A DNA stretch of 64,000 nucleotides from Eledone cirrhosa. Taxonomy: Eukaryota. Shown one piece after another: positions 37,514 to 49,744 of this stretch. The translations under genes were made by a program, and so were the position numbers. The stretch covers positions 210,738,001 through 210,802,000 of the forward strand of contig OZ024742.1 of the NCBI GenBank assembly GCA_964016885.1, written 5' to 3'. The notes beneath the pieces are model-generated. The model was not told the origin of the DNA. It worked only from the letters and a program-made list of their open reading frames with translations, and did no database searches. Numbering within the stretch: the stretch's first letter is position 1; the number at the start of each line of letters is the position of its first letter.

Positions 37514-38938
37514 CATCATCATCATCATTCTACGTCCGCTTTTCCCTGCTTGCAAGGGTGGGACGGGTCTTATTCAGCACAGCATCTCTCCACTTGTCAC
37601 GGTCCTTCGTCATCTCCACTGTGAGCTTCAGCGATCTGAGCTCTGTTCTCACCACCTCTTCCCATGTTTTTCGTGGTCTACCTCGACCACGTCTTCCTTC
37701 AACTGGCATTTCCTGGCACTTCTTCACCAATCAGTCATCCTCCATGCGCATCACATGTCCATACCACCTCAGTCTCCTCTCCCGTACACTACATTCTATC
37801 CCTCTCAGACACAGTTTCTCTCTCAAGACATCCATGCTGGGTCGTTCACGCACATTGACATTGCACATCCAACGGAGTATGCTTGCCTCATTTCTCTCCA
37901 GCCGTCGCATATCCTCTGCAGTTCCTGCCCATGTCTCACTACCATGCAGCATCGCGCTCCTCACACAGGCATCATATAACCGGCTTTTCGTACGCAGGGA
38001 GAAACCCTCTTCATCAGCAGAGGAAGCAGCTCCCTAAACTTCTTCTAACCCGTCCTTATTCTAGATACTATGGCCTCGGAACCCCCCCCCCCCCCTCCCA
38101 TGCTAATCTGATCTCCTAGGTACCGGAAGCTATCCACCACTTCTATAGCACCCACCTGCATTTGAAAAATGTGTCTATCAATGCGACTTCTACTGTCTAA
38201 TTTCCCTGTACATCTACTGCATACGTATTTCTCCCTACCTGTTAGTTTGTCTGCTATCCCACTACATCTCTTGTGTACCCAGGATCTGCATTGTGTGGAT
38301 TTTATAGAATTTATGCCAGTTCCTTTTCTGCATATCGAACATGGCCATTTCCCTGACGGAATCAGAGTTTTGTCCTCTTTTCTACTCATCAACACTTTTA
38401 TCTTAGCTAGGTTCACTCTCAGTCCTCTTGCTTCCAACTGCTGTTTCCATAGCCAGAATTTATTCTCTAGCTCCTCTACTGATTCTGCTATAAGAACCAA
38501 ATCGTCAGCATAGAGAAGTTCCCATGGACAGCCAGTCTTAAACTCCTCTATTATGGCTTGGAGGACTATAATGAACAAGAGCAGGCTGAGGACCGAAGCT
38601 TGATGTACTCCTACTTGTATCTGGAATTCCTCACTAAACTCCATTCCTACTCTGACTTTACTGACAGCACCTCTGTACAAAGTTTGCACTGTCCTCACAA
38701 TCCATTCCTCAACACCTAGTTTCCTTAGGGACCACCAGATGACAGATCGGAGTACCCTATCAAAGGCCTTCTCTAGGTCAACAAAGGCTAAGTATAGTGG
38801 CCTCTCTTGTAATTGTCTCACCAAGAAGAGGGCATCTGTTGTACTTTTCCCAGGCACAAAACCAAACTGCATCTCATCTAGTTTGACCCTTTCTCTAATT
38901 AGTTGTGCTAATATTCTTTCTGCCACTTTCATAACCTG
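37514..38938 (-). mobile_element. 5'-truncated RTE family A copy
   Basis: ORF pieces 38045-38938, 37731-37964 and 37530-37730, with HQASVLS and YADDLVL. Confidence 0.94.
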
Positions 38939-38987
38939 TGTGTGCATGTAATTATGTATGCATGCATGTATGTGTATCTGTCTATAT

Positions 38988-40246
38988 ATCATCATCATCA
39001 TCATCATCATCGTTTAACGTCCATGTTCCACGCTTGCATGGGTTTGGACGGGAGTTTTCCCACTTGAGGCAAGAGTGGTTGTCATTGCTCGCATAGGACT
39101 GTCTGGCGTGTTTTCTACAGCTGGATGCCCTTCCTAACACCAACCACATTTACAGTGTGGGGCTGGGAGGTTTTTACTGTGTTGCCTACACGGCGACATT
39201 ACAGCGTGGACTGTGTGTTTTTTTTGTCGTGACACCTACACGATCTCATTTGTTTCGGCCTGGATGTTGTGGCACCAACATAACTTTACATTGAAAGGGG
39301 CGGTGTTGTGGATGGGGTGGGGGTGGTGGGACGGGGGTGTATTTTGTTAGAGATGCCTACTGACTGTAGTAGGTTTTACTTTGTATTTAGGTAAGGCGGG
39401 TCTTCTCTATTACTGAGTACCGCCAAAGGTCTCGGTCCAGTGACATTTTCTTGGAGAGGTGTAAGTGTGTGAGGTCGGAATTTATCAGCTCGTCCCAGGT
39501 TTTTCTGGGTCTGCCTACTCCGTGGCTACCGTCTATCTTTATTGCCCTGCACTTTGTTATACAGCTGTTGTCTTTCATGCGCATCACGTGACCATACCAA
39601 CGTAGCCTTCTCTCGAGTAAACAACATCTGATCCCTCTTATTTCTAATTTTTTCCTTAGTTCGTTTATGCTTTGCCGTTCACGTATATTACTATTACACA
39701 TCCAGCGGAGCATGCAAGCTTCGTTCCTCTCTAGTCTGCGTATATCCTCTGCACACAATGCCCAGGTCTCACTGCCATGCAACATTGCTGTTCGTATGCA
39801 GGCATCATACAACCTGCCTTTCATTTTTAGGGAGAACGCTTTAGCGGCTAATAGTGGTATAAGCTCTCTGAACTTTTTCCATCCAGTTCTGACTCTAGCT
39901 ACTGTACTTTCAGAGCACCCTCCCCCACTGCTGATTTTGTCACCCAGGTAACGGAAGCTGTCCACTATTTCTATAGAACCCTCTGCGCAATTGAAAGAGC
40001 TAGTATTTTGTGGGCACTTGCTGCTACTTATTGCACCAGAGCACCGGCCACATGTAAAATCTATGTTCTTAGTTAGCTTACCTGTGATCCCATTACATCT
40101 TTTATGCACCCATACTTTGCATTTCGGACATAAAATGGAGTTTCTACCTATGCCTTTCCTACACACTGAGCATGGCCATTTCCCGGAAGGGACCGGCGCC
40201 TTATTTTCTTTCCTACAAACTAGAACTTTAGTCTTAGCCAGGTTAA
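38988..40246 (-). mobile_element. 5'-truncated RTE family B-like copy
   Basis: Open frame NLAKTKVL..PHD..YLG..RLRWYGHV ending at 39387, followed by the 3'UTR and tail. Confidence 0.93.
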
Positions 40247-40289
40247 TTTTATATATCAAATTAATTTTATATATCAAATTAAATAGTGC

Positions 40290-41810
40290 GATTATCAATA
40301 CTATTATATCCGACTCCTACGAAGTCGCCGCGTGATCGGTTATAGGTATGGCTTACTATAACATTCGTCTTATGAGGGGGGGGGGGGGGTTCTGGAGCTA
40401 GCGTTAGGGATGTAGGAAATTCCTCGGTTATAGCCACGCTTATCAAGGCTCTATTATAGTAATCTGACGCTTTGTTGAAGATATCCTCATTGGCGGAAAG
40501 CCTCGAGATCCTATATGAGATGCTATAGACTATGGAGTTGAGAGTCTGCTTAGGGTGGTTGGAGGCATAATTAATATAAGAAAGGCTCTCTCCAGGCTTA
40601 TGGTATGACTTGTATAGGCCCACACTCAACTCCAGGGTCACGTCCAGGAAGATGACAACCTGGTGGTTGAGGTTTATAGTTACGGATAGGCCGTATGACT
40701 TGAAGAACCTGTGTATGTGCTTGTTAATGTTCTCTATCCTACGAGGGCTATGGTTCCTAATGGTAAACAGGGTGTTGTCCCTATATACACCTCCTTGTAG
40801 GGCCGGTATCTCGTCCCTAAACTTATGGAGGAGGTATATTCCGACCAGGTCAGTTGCTTGCGCTGAGTCGCTGGACCCCATCGTGATATCGAAGTTATCA
40901 GGACGGTTGGTTCTGGTCCAGTGGGAGCCTTCGAACTGGATAATTGTTCTAGGTGCCGCTAGAACTATGTCTATTTCTTTTTTAGTGAGGCTAGTGTTAG
41001 ATTTAGCTAATATGAGTGCCTTATTTAAGAGTATGGGGAAGATAGAGGCGTAGTAACTATCTATGTCAAACTGGATGAACTTCAGGGTCGCTTTATCAGG
41101 CAACTCGGTGAACCAATTTATGACCTGGTCGGTGTTGCCCCAGAGGCAGACCTTAGCCTTTCTATTAAGCTCCAGTAGTACTTTATCGAGGATCACTATA
41201 CTAATCTTACCTATATCAGATGTTGAGGGACATATTAGTCTAATAGAGGGGCTTTCATTAAAGTTACATTTGTGATCCTTAAGAGAGAATCTAGGCGTCA
41301 GAGGGACATATGGGTTTGTGTACTTTTCTATTTCTAAGCTGGTGACTATAGCCTTCCCTACTCTATTTATGTCATTTAGGGTACTAATGGGTGTCTTTTT
41401 GTAGTCTTTGTGTAGTTCCTTATAAATGAATTGTTTATACTTGCTCACGTCCATCTTGTACAGCTTCTTGGTTTTGTCGGAGGTGACGAAGAGGTGCGGG
41501 TCATTCTTGATCTTAGTGATGAGTGTATCAAGGGACGTTAAGAATGGATTGCTGCATCGGTGTTTCTTTTTGAACTTAACGTTTTTGATCATTTTCAGCA
41601 GGTCCTCCTCAAAAGAGTCTAGTAAGGTGTTGTGCGGTGGGTTTCGGTATGTTTTGTAGCCATACCTCTCTTTAGGTTCAGGAAGGTTACGGGTGTTCTT
41701 ATCCAGGTGGTAGGCCTTCCATCTGACTCTCCGTAAAAACAAGTTAGTATCGTCTATAAGTTGTTCGAGGTAGGTTTTTCTGCTGGGTAAGGGATACACT
41801 TGAGAGACAT
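40290..41810 (-). pseudogene. Penelope-like RT, Naiad-like clade, inactive and 3'-truncated
   Basis: MSLKCIP/LPS, RVRWKA, SDKT, KDHK.NF, RLICP, FDIDSYY.SI, FDITMGS, YRDN (catalytic DD lost), FLDVTL and SNHP. Frameshifts near both ends. No GIY-YIG domain retained. Confidence 0.88.
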
Positions 41811-42095
41811 GGGTAACGGCTGATTCTCCAACATTATGGCAAATAAAGTGAGATGCTCTACAAAAGGGACACGGTAATAGAGTATTCACGTATCGAGAGA
41901 GAGAAAAAAGGAGGAATAGGTGATACATGTAGTTATTTGCCAAATAGCGTATGCAGAGGGTGCTCAATGCTAGTGCCGGCAGTATTAAATATTAGAAGTG
42001 TTAATATCTAGTGGGCGAGAGAATTAGCAGAGCGTAAGCACGTGGAAAAATAAGAAAGAGGAGAACAGACCGTTAAAACATGTTTATTTAAAACA

Positions 42096-42131
42096 GCACC
42101 TACGTACGTTTCGCCTGGATGGGCTTCTCAT
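42096..42131 (-). ncRNA. 5'-truncated hammerhead in the upstream pLTR of the Penelope-like element
   Basis: Minus strand: TGAGA a gccc atcc aggc GAAA cgtacg TA ggtgc, followed by aataaa. Confidence 0.65.
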
Positions 42132-42574
42132 AACTAAAAGTGTTCCTTACATGGCCTGGAAAGTGTTTTTGGAGTAAGTTCACGTCAGAGTTCATTCTTC
42201 GCAAAAAAAGCGTGTTTTGATTTTGCAGTAGGTCAAGGGAGGTAACTCTGGCCGGTGTTAGGGCAGTCTTTCCCGGACAAATGTTTTTATCCGTTACAAG
42301 ATGTGGTTACAACCTTACCATTGTCGATACGCACAGGGTCAGGTAAGCAACGTTTGTTTTGAGACGTTTGTTTACTGCACCTGCCCGCCTGGGTTATTTG
42401 AAGCTGGGTCTGGGATGCATGGTTAGTTTCCGGATGTTTTTTGCAGCGCCTGCCCGCCGGGGTGTTAAAGCTTGTTGCAGGGAGACCCGGTATACGGTTT
42501 CACTCCTCATCCTTATCCCATCTGAAGAAGGATATTTTTAAGCGATGTGTACAATTGCACCACTCAAAAGTAGT

Positions 42575-43004
42575 GACACAGGATCAAGATCTTTGGTGTT
42601 ATGCAGTAGTACAGAAGACTCACCTTCCCATGCGGATGAGTTGAAGCCTACGTCTAGTATGCACGACTTAACCCCTATCCTTCCTTCCCCTTCCATGCCC
42701 TAACATTCCACCCACATCCTAATCACCCCACCCTTCTCCCATGCCTTTACACCACGACCCCTGCCCCAGTCTCCAGTCCACATTGTAAAGTGATCATGTA
42801 GGTGTCACAACAGAAAGCACCTAGCACACACTGTAAATGTGGTTGGCATCAGGAAGGGCATCCAGCCATAGAAATCAAGTCAGAAACAGTTCTGTATGAG
42901 CAAGACATGATAACCTGAACTGACTTGCCTCAAATGGGACAACCTGTCTAACCCATGCTAGCATGGAAAATAGACGTTAAACGATGATGATGATGATGAT
43001 GATG
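42575..43004 (+). mobile_element. RTE family B 3' end
   Basis: DQDLWCYAVVQKT, 3'UTR blocks, ccatgctagcatgg and (GAT)n. Confidence 0.85.
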
Positions 43005-43330
43005 AATACTGAAGTAGGGGGCTGATGTGAGGCAAAACACAAGGATTACCTGGTGCTAAATATATACTGGCTCACTTGTTTTTAGACAAAAATGAGTAAT
43101 TTGTAGAGAGATTTGGCGGTTCTTTCTAGCATGTGTTGTGACCATTTAGTGGATTAGTTGATTTCAGACCTGGAATTTGATTGATTTTAATGTAACAAAC
43201 TGATATTTATAAAATGCTCTCTCTCTCTCTCTAATATTTTATAAAACATTCTGGCATGTTTATTTGATTCAAAAATTCTTCCCATATTTTCTACAGTAAT
43301 ATTAATTTTATATTGATAAACATATTATTA

Positions 43331-43552
43331 GGGCAGTGGATTGGCAGTATTGGTAGAGAGTTGGACACCATGCTCTGAAGCATAGAGTTACGGCCCTCTA
43401 CGTTCTGAGTTCAAATCCTGCCGAGGTTAGCTTTGCCTTTAATCCTTACGGGGTTGATAAAATAAAGTATTAATAACACATTGGGGTCGATTTAATCGAC
43501 TTTCTTCCCCCCCCCCCCCAATTGCTAGCCTTGTGCCTAAATCAGAAACCAT
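43331..43552 (+). mobile_element. SINE family 1 (long variant)
   Basis: Full copy with an extra gtcgatttaatcgac hairpin. Confidence 0.9.
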
Positions 43553-43619
43553 TAATAAACATATGTGTTGCATGGGATATTAGAAATCGATTGACAAGAT
43601 CCCAGACAAGAAACAATAT

Positions 43620-43790
43620 TTCTATTGGTCTTTCCATTGGTGATACTATCTACCAGTCCCAACACCTGGCAGAAGGAACAATATGAAGTCTCCTGCTCAA
43701 GGACATAATGCATTGCCCAGTCCAGGAATCGAACTTGCAACTTCACAGTTGTAAACCCAATTCTCTAACCACTGAGCCAGGTATCTTCAG
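43620..43790 (-). mobile_element. tRNA-derived SINE family 2
   Basis: Minus strand: tggctcagtggttagag, gttcgattcc and tgtccttgagcagga. Confidence 0.75.
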
Positions 43791-43881
43791 ATGGGATAAT
43801 GGGATATAATTATTCATTAATAATTATAGGAAATTAAGGTTATTATACATTCTGCTTCGACATGAAAATTACACCAACTGA

Positions 43882-43930
<49 letters not shown>

Positions 43931-43935
<5 letters not shown>

Positions 43936-44163
43936 AGATCAAAAGATGGTTAAAAGAGTTCCAAGTATTTTATTATGCGCATTTCAAAAACAAATATCAT
44001 CATGAGATGATATCTGCGTTTTCATGAGATAAAATAAGGATACAAATGAAGGTTAAAAATCACTTGTGAATAGTGAAGTTTTATCATCTCATGATGATAT
44101 TTGTTTTTGAAATGCGCATAATAAAATACTTGGAACTCTTTTAACCATCTTTTGATCTTATAT
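43931..44163. repeat. Perfect 82-bp inverted repeat with 69-bp spacer
   Basis: 43931-44012 is the exact reverse complement of 44082-44163. Confidence 0.95.
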
Positions 44164-45145
44164 TATTTATACTCCAGTCCTACAAACTGTAGAGTGCTAC
44201 TTATTCGACATTTGCATTGCTTTATTGTGCTACAATAAAACTCACCTCCTACATATATATATATATATATATATGTGTGTATGTATGTTTCTCTCACTTT
44301 CTCTCTCTCTCTCTCTTCTATCTCTCTCCTCTCTCTCTTTCTCTCACTCTACAGATGATATATATATGGCATTTTCTTGGAAAGAATACCCTGGAGTGGC
44401 TTCATACTGCTTTCTCTGTGTCCTAGAAATTATTTTTAGGCCTGTCACTCTTTAGATATATTGTGGTCCTCTACTATCAACTGCCAAGGTTAAATACCTC
44501 TGCTTGACACAACTAAGTAACAGTGATAAGGTATAGACTGAAAACCTTTCAAATTATAGGTCTGCATCTCAGTAACTCAGCAAGTTATAACTTACACACC
44601 CTACTTCATAATCTTCATAAGTATATGACGAGAAAAACTTTTGCATTAAATAACAATTTAGCTTTAATTGAATGTTATGATCACCATCATTGTTTAACAC
44701 CTTCTTTCCCTGCTAGTAAGGGCTGGACAGATCTACATAAACCAAATAAATACTGAAGTAGGGCTACTGACCTCCCAGACGAGCCGGAGGGTCTGCAGCT
44801 CACTTATGGTTTTATGTTCTATCTTGTCTTTGTTTGGCAGGCTTTCTATGGCTGCTTACCTTCCTATCACCAACCACATTACAGTATGTACTGGATGTGT
44901 TTATCATGTAGATCACCAACACTAGGGAGGTTGTCATGTCCTTGACATTACTAAAGAGTCCTTGAATGAAGAACAATATCACTATCGCAATCTCTACAAT
45001 CGTGATGGTAATGGTGATATTTATTCTCATGAATTGGTGGAAATATATTACTGTTGGAAGCCTTACTCTACCTACTGCCTAGTTCTCAACTGGTAAGTAG
45101 AAGTATCTATACTCACTTAGACAAGTCAAGCCAAGCAGTATAATA

Positions 45146-45520
45146 TCATCATCATCATCACCGTTTAACATCCATTTTCCATGCTAGCATGAGTTAGACA
45201 AGTTGTTCTGTTGTGAGACAAGTCAGGTCAGGTGACAGTGTCTTGCTCATACAGAACTGTTTCTGACTTGGTTTTTGCAGCTGGATGCCCTTCCCAATGC
45301 TAACTACATTTACACTATGGACTGAGTTCTTTTTCTCGTGGCACCAAAACGACTAACTGACAGGTTGGACTGGGTACTTTTTCATCATGTCACCAGCACA
45401 ACCACTTTACAGAGTGGACTGGGTATTTTTTGTTGTGTCACCAACACAAGCACTTTAGCAGATGGACCAGGTGCTTTTTATTGTTGACCACTTTATAGGT
45501 TGGGCTGGTGCTTTTTGTTG
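45146..45520 (-). mobile_element. RTE family B tail with ~40-bp tandem units
   Basis: (CAT)n, ccatgctagcatg and repeated ggactgggtgcttttt units. Confidence 0.8.
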
Positions 45521-47188
45521 TGCAAAATAAATTGCTTGATCTTTTGATTTTATAAAGTAGAGGTCTCAAACACACAGCCTGCAAACTACTATCCTTATGG
45601 CCCACAGCATCTACTTACTATCATATGGATATGCATTTTAATGTAAGAAAAAATAGCAGCCTATCAGCTGTATTACAGATTAGCATTATAACTGGTGGAA
45701 ATCACACTCTACCTCTCATCTTTGACTTGCTGTGCCACTTCCCCCAGACATAATCCCTCTAAATTCTTCATTGTTTTCAAAATGATTAAAAAACTATAGG
45801 TAGTGTCTTTCTTTCAAAATATAACAAAAGAGTTAACCTTATAGCTGTGATGTCTTATATTTTATAGTCCAGTGACAATTATAAAGAATGACTTATTAAT
45901 ACAGTAAGATTTCCTCATTGACTATTGTGTTTTTCTCGAGAATTGAGGCAAGTTACCTCTAGATCTATATGTGTCAAACGTGTGTGTCAGTCAGTCTTTC
46001 TATCTTATAAGAAACTAAAGACAGATCTCCACATGATAGTTAGTTATGCTCAACTCCTAGTGATAACTTACAATGACAGCGATTTAATAGTGACACCTCT
46101 TTTTATGGTTTAGTCTGATAGAAGGGGTTATGTTCATTCTTTCTGTTGGCCTCCAAGACCAATGCAGTTGGTATTGTTCAATAACACGCTGGTGACTAGG
46201 AAAAAAATTTCAGAGAAATTACATCCTAGGGAAGAAAGGTTAGGCATAGAAATTAGTGCTGGGTTGAGAATGTAGTTTTCAACACAATATTGATTATGAA
46301 AATAAGTAAAAAGAGTAATTTATATGGGTTTGGGTGCTTGTGATACAAAACCTAACTCCAAGGAGCAGCAGCCACTGTAGGAATGATAGAGCAAGGAGAC
46401 AGCTCATCTGTAAGCCAGAGGTTGTATGTGTTAGTGAGAAAATCCTTGACAATTTCATGTGATCTTTTGGGGGAAAACAATCTAGGATATTTGTATGTAA
46501 TCAATTGAGTGGTGTATTTTTTAATAGTAGATTCACATCAAACTAATGGCAAGCAATTATATGACCTACTTTCAATAACTAGTTTTAGTATTTCACTTCA
46601 CATATATTTCTAATGCTCTTGAGAAAAGCACGAACAGTCACATTTTTTTTCTGCTTTATTTAACCAAAGATATATATATCCTTATATCTATATGAGTAAG
46701 TAATCATTTTTCTTAAGATTTGATTTGCTTTTCCCACAGCTGTTACAGAGGGAAATGTTTATAAAACTTTAAACTTTCTATATGGATTTGTTTTCATAGT
46801 ATAGCAAGCAGATGTTCTGTAAACTTTACATCACTGATGATCTTCGAGCTCACCATAATAATGATAATAGAAAAAAACTAGATATATTTGTCTAATAATT
46901 TATCGTAATGTTTATTTAAGTACTTAATCTATATTAAGATTTCATTCAGTTCATTTCCTAACAAGGGAGATAATCTGAAAATGTTTCTTTCAGTCATTAT
47001 TGTATCTATTCTTTTAGCAAGACAAACAACGGACATTATATTCCTCATTAATTCGATCGAAAAAACAAACAAAAAAAACATGAGGGAATAAAAATAGCAT
47101 CAGGTTCTAAGTTGATGAGTCATACTATTATATTTCTTTTTCATTTCACTCTATCGGTAAGAATACATTTCACAAAACTAATATTAAT

Positions 47189-47487
47189 ATGGCTTAATGG
47201 TTAGAGTGTCGGGCTTACAATCGTGAGGTTGTGAGATCAATTCTTGGACCCGGCTTTGCATTGTGTTCTTGAGCAAGACATTTTACTTCACGTTGCTCCA
47301 GTTCGATGTCACTGATGCCAAGCTAATCGGCCTTTGCCTTTCCTTTGAACAACATCAGTGGCATGGAGAAGGGAGACTGGTATGCACAGGCGATTGCTGG
47401 TCATCCACAAACAACCTTGTCCTGACTTGTGCCTCAGAGAGGAACTTTCTTAGTGCAAATCCCATGGTCATTCGTGACTGAAGGGGA
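47189..47487 (+). mobile_element. tRNA-derived SINE family 2
   Basis: tggcttaatggttagag A box, tgtgttcttgagcaagaca core and an RTE-like tail. Confidence 0.78.
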
Positions 47488-47516
47488 TTGTAATGCATGT
47501 ATATATGTATGTATTG

Positions 47517-48070
47517 TCCTCAACACAAACTGAAAATGAGGTACAAGGACAGCATCAAGAACAACCCCAAAGAGCTGGCATCTGATGTAGACAACTGGGA
47601 AGAGATAGCTCTAGAAGGCTGCGTGGATAAAGTGCGTAAAGGGCAGTTGCAAAACATAAACAACTGAAGCGTCAGCTCCGTAAGGACTGTGCTCACAGTC
47701 TTGATGAAGTCATCAGTAGTTGGACGTGCAAATTCTGTCAATGCGTACTCCTCTCGAAGGTTGGTTGTGTTAATCACCTGAAGTCACATGAAAAGATAAT
47801 CATCCGCAACACCACTTAACAAAGACCTGGCAAAACAACATGCGTAAAACTAGTTCCAGACTAAAATAAAACACATGGTGGTGCATAAAGATTGTGTTCC
47901 ACAGGGTGACCCCACTGGTCCTATGGAAAGCACAACTCTCTTCTGTCACCTGTGTCATAAACCATGCAGATCTACAGCTGGTCTACAAAGTCATCTACGA
48001 AATCATGGACGCAGATGGGGTGACAATGAAGAATCAATAAGAGACAGCAATCGTTTGCAAAGATGCTACA
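47517..48070 (+). mobile_element. RTE-BovB-type 3' fragment with C-terminal C2H2 zinc fingers
   Basis: RYKDSIKNN..DNWEEIAL, CKFC..NHLKSH and CHLCHKPCRSTAGLQSHLRNH. Confidence 0.72.
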
Positions 48071-48892
48071 ATCTTATATGTATATATGTATGTATATACA
48101 TATATATATACATATATATATATACACATATATATATATGTAGTGATAGGGGTCACCATCATGTAGTGAATAGGGTCATGTCCATGTAACTGTTAAGATG
48201 TATACTTTGCAGGATGAATGATAAAAAGAATGAAGAATTGTGATGTTGTTGACGTTTATTTTGTAATAAAAGCGTGATACAATTATCTCTACATCAGTTG
48301 TTTTACTAGCTACCTCGAGCTGGCGTAAATGCATGTATCAAAGAAAACGATACAATAGTAGTTGTGTGTTGTACTTTACAGTAGTATAGAAATGACAGGA
48401 AGTCGAAAGAGTAGATAAAGTGTAGAATGAAACAATAGAAGGAAACCTACTGTGTGTGTGTTTGTCCCTAGAAAATGTAGTTTCTGTAGTAGTGGTCATT
48501 CCATCTCTCTAATTAACTATCTGTCTGTTGAGCGAGTGAGAAATGTGAGAGAATAGTAGGTAGAAGACTGTATTCATGAAGGGAATCCATAGCTTCTGTC
48601 TTCTGTTTTAGCCACTCTCTCTGGTTCGGTTCTTGAAGCGGTTGTATTTATAAGAATACTATAGCTAGAAGGATGTGTATATGGTTTTTTGAGACATTAG
48701 TGGCCATTGGCCTATCGTCTGTCTGGTGTCACAGGTCAAGTGGTATATAACATTTATCATAGTTGTCTTTTGATAGGACAATGGTAAAAATACCTAATAA
48801 TAGGTGGTTTTAGAGGCGAGAATTTTTAGATTCGATTTCGAATCTCCACCAGGCAAAACATAGAAGAATTCAGTTACATATATATCATTTAG

Positions 48893-48963
<71 letters not shown>

Positions 48964-48980
48964 TCTAAATGATATGTATA

Positions 48981-49426
48981 TGGATGCCCTTCCTAACACC
49001 AGCGCCACTTTACAGCATGGACTGGGTGCTTTTATTTGTGCCACCAGCACTAGAGAGGATGTCTTACTGGACTCATGGGCCCTCACTACCCCTCCCTTTT
49101 ACAGCATGGTCATAAAAAAAAACCCCCACTTATTGACACTCACGGCACACATACACACTCACTCACACACCAACACTCATGCATACAAACACACACGCAC
49201 AGATACATACACATATATATATATATATATATACATATATATTACCGTCAGTACTGATACCAAATTATGTCAACTGTTGACTTTTCCAGTTCAGTTTTTC
49301 ATATAATAATAATAATTGTTTGCTTTACAGCATAGAGCAAACAATTATTATTATTATATAAAAAACTGAACTGGAAAAGTCAACAGTTGACATAATTTGG
49401 TATCAGTACTGACGGTAATATATATG

Positions 49427-49459
<33 letters not shown>

Positions 49460-49744
49460 GTATGTATGTATGTATGTGTATGTGTGAGTGGCGTGTGTGT
49501 GTTTGTATGCATGAGTGTTAGTGTGTCAGTGGCGTGTGTGTTTGTATGCATGAGTGTTGGTGTGTGAGTGAGTGTGTGTGTGCCGTGAGTGTCAATAAGT
49601 GTTTTTTTTTTATGACCATGCTGTAAAATGGAGGGGTAGAGAGGGCCCATGAGTCCAGTAAGGCATCCTCCCTAGTGCTGGTGGCACAAATAAAAGCACC
49701 CAGTCCATGCTGTAAAGTGGCGCTGGTGTTAGGAAGGGCATCCA
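48981..49744. repeat. ~760-bp imperfect palindrome formed from the RTE family A 5'UTR
   Basis: 48981-49327 is the reverse complement of 49333-49744 apart from microsatellite length and a few substitutions. 5-nt loop cagca. Confidence 0.93.

Noticed and set aside
41811-41967. N-terminal extension of the 562-aa Penelope ORF
   Set aside because: The conserved start lies at 41810 in another frame, so the extension is probably UTR.
47875-48189. Host C2H2 zinc-finger gene exon
   Set aside because: It follows RTE-BovB C-terminal motifs directly, so it is better explained as a LINE tail.
48139-48880. Solo LTR(s)
   Set aside because: A TG start and aataaa are present, but no matching terminus, TSD or second copy could be established.
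49365-49407. Hammerhead at the RTE 5' end (actga a ctggaaa a gtcaa/ttgac ataa..ta tcagt)
   Set aside because: Four core mismatches, and the spacing is not conserved in the copy at 14-70.
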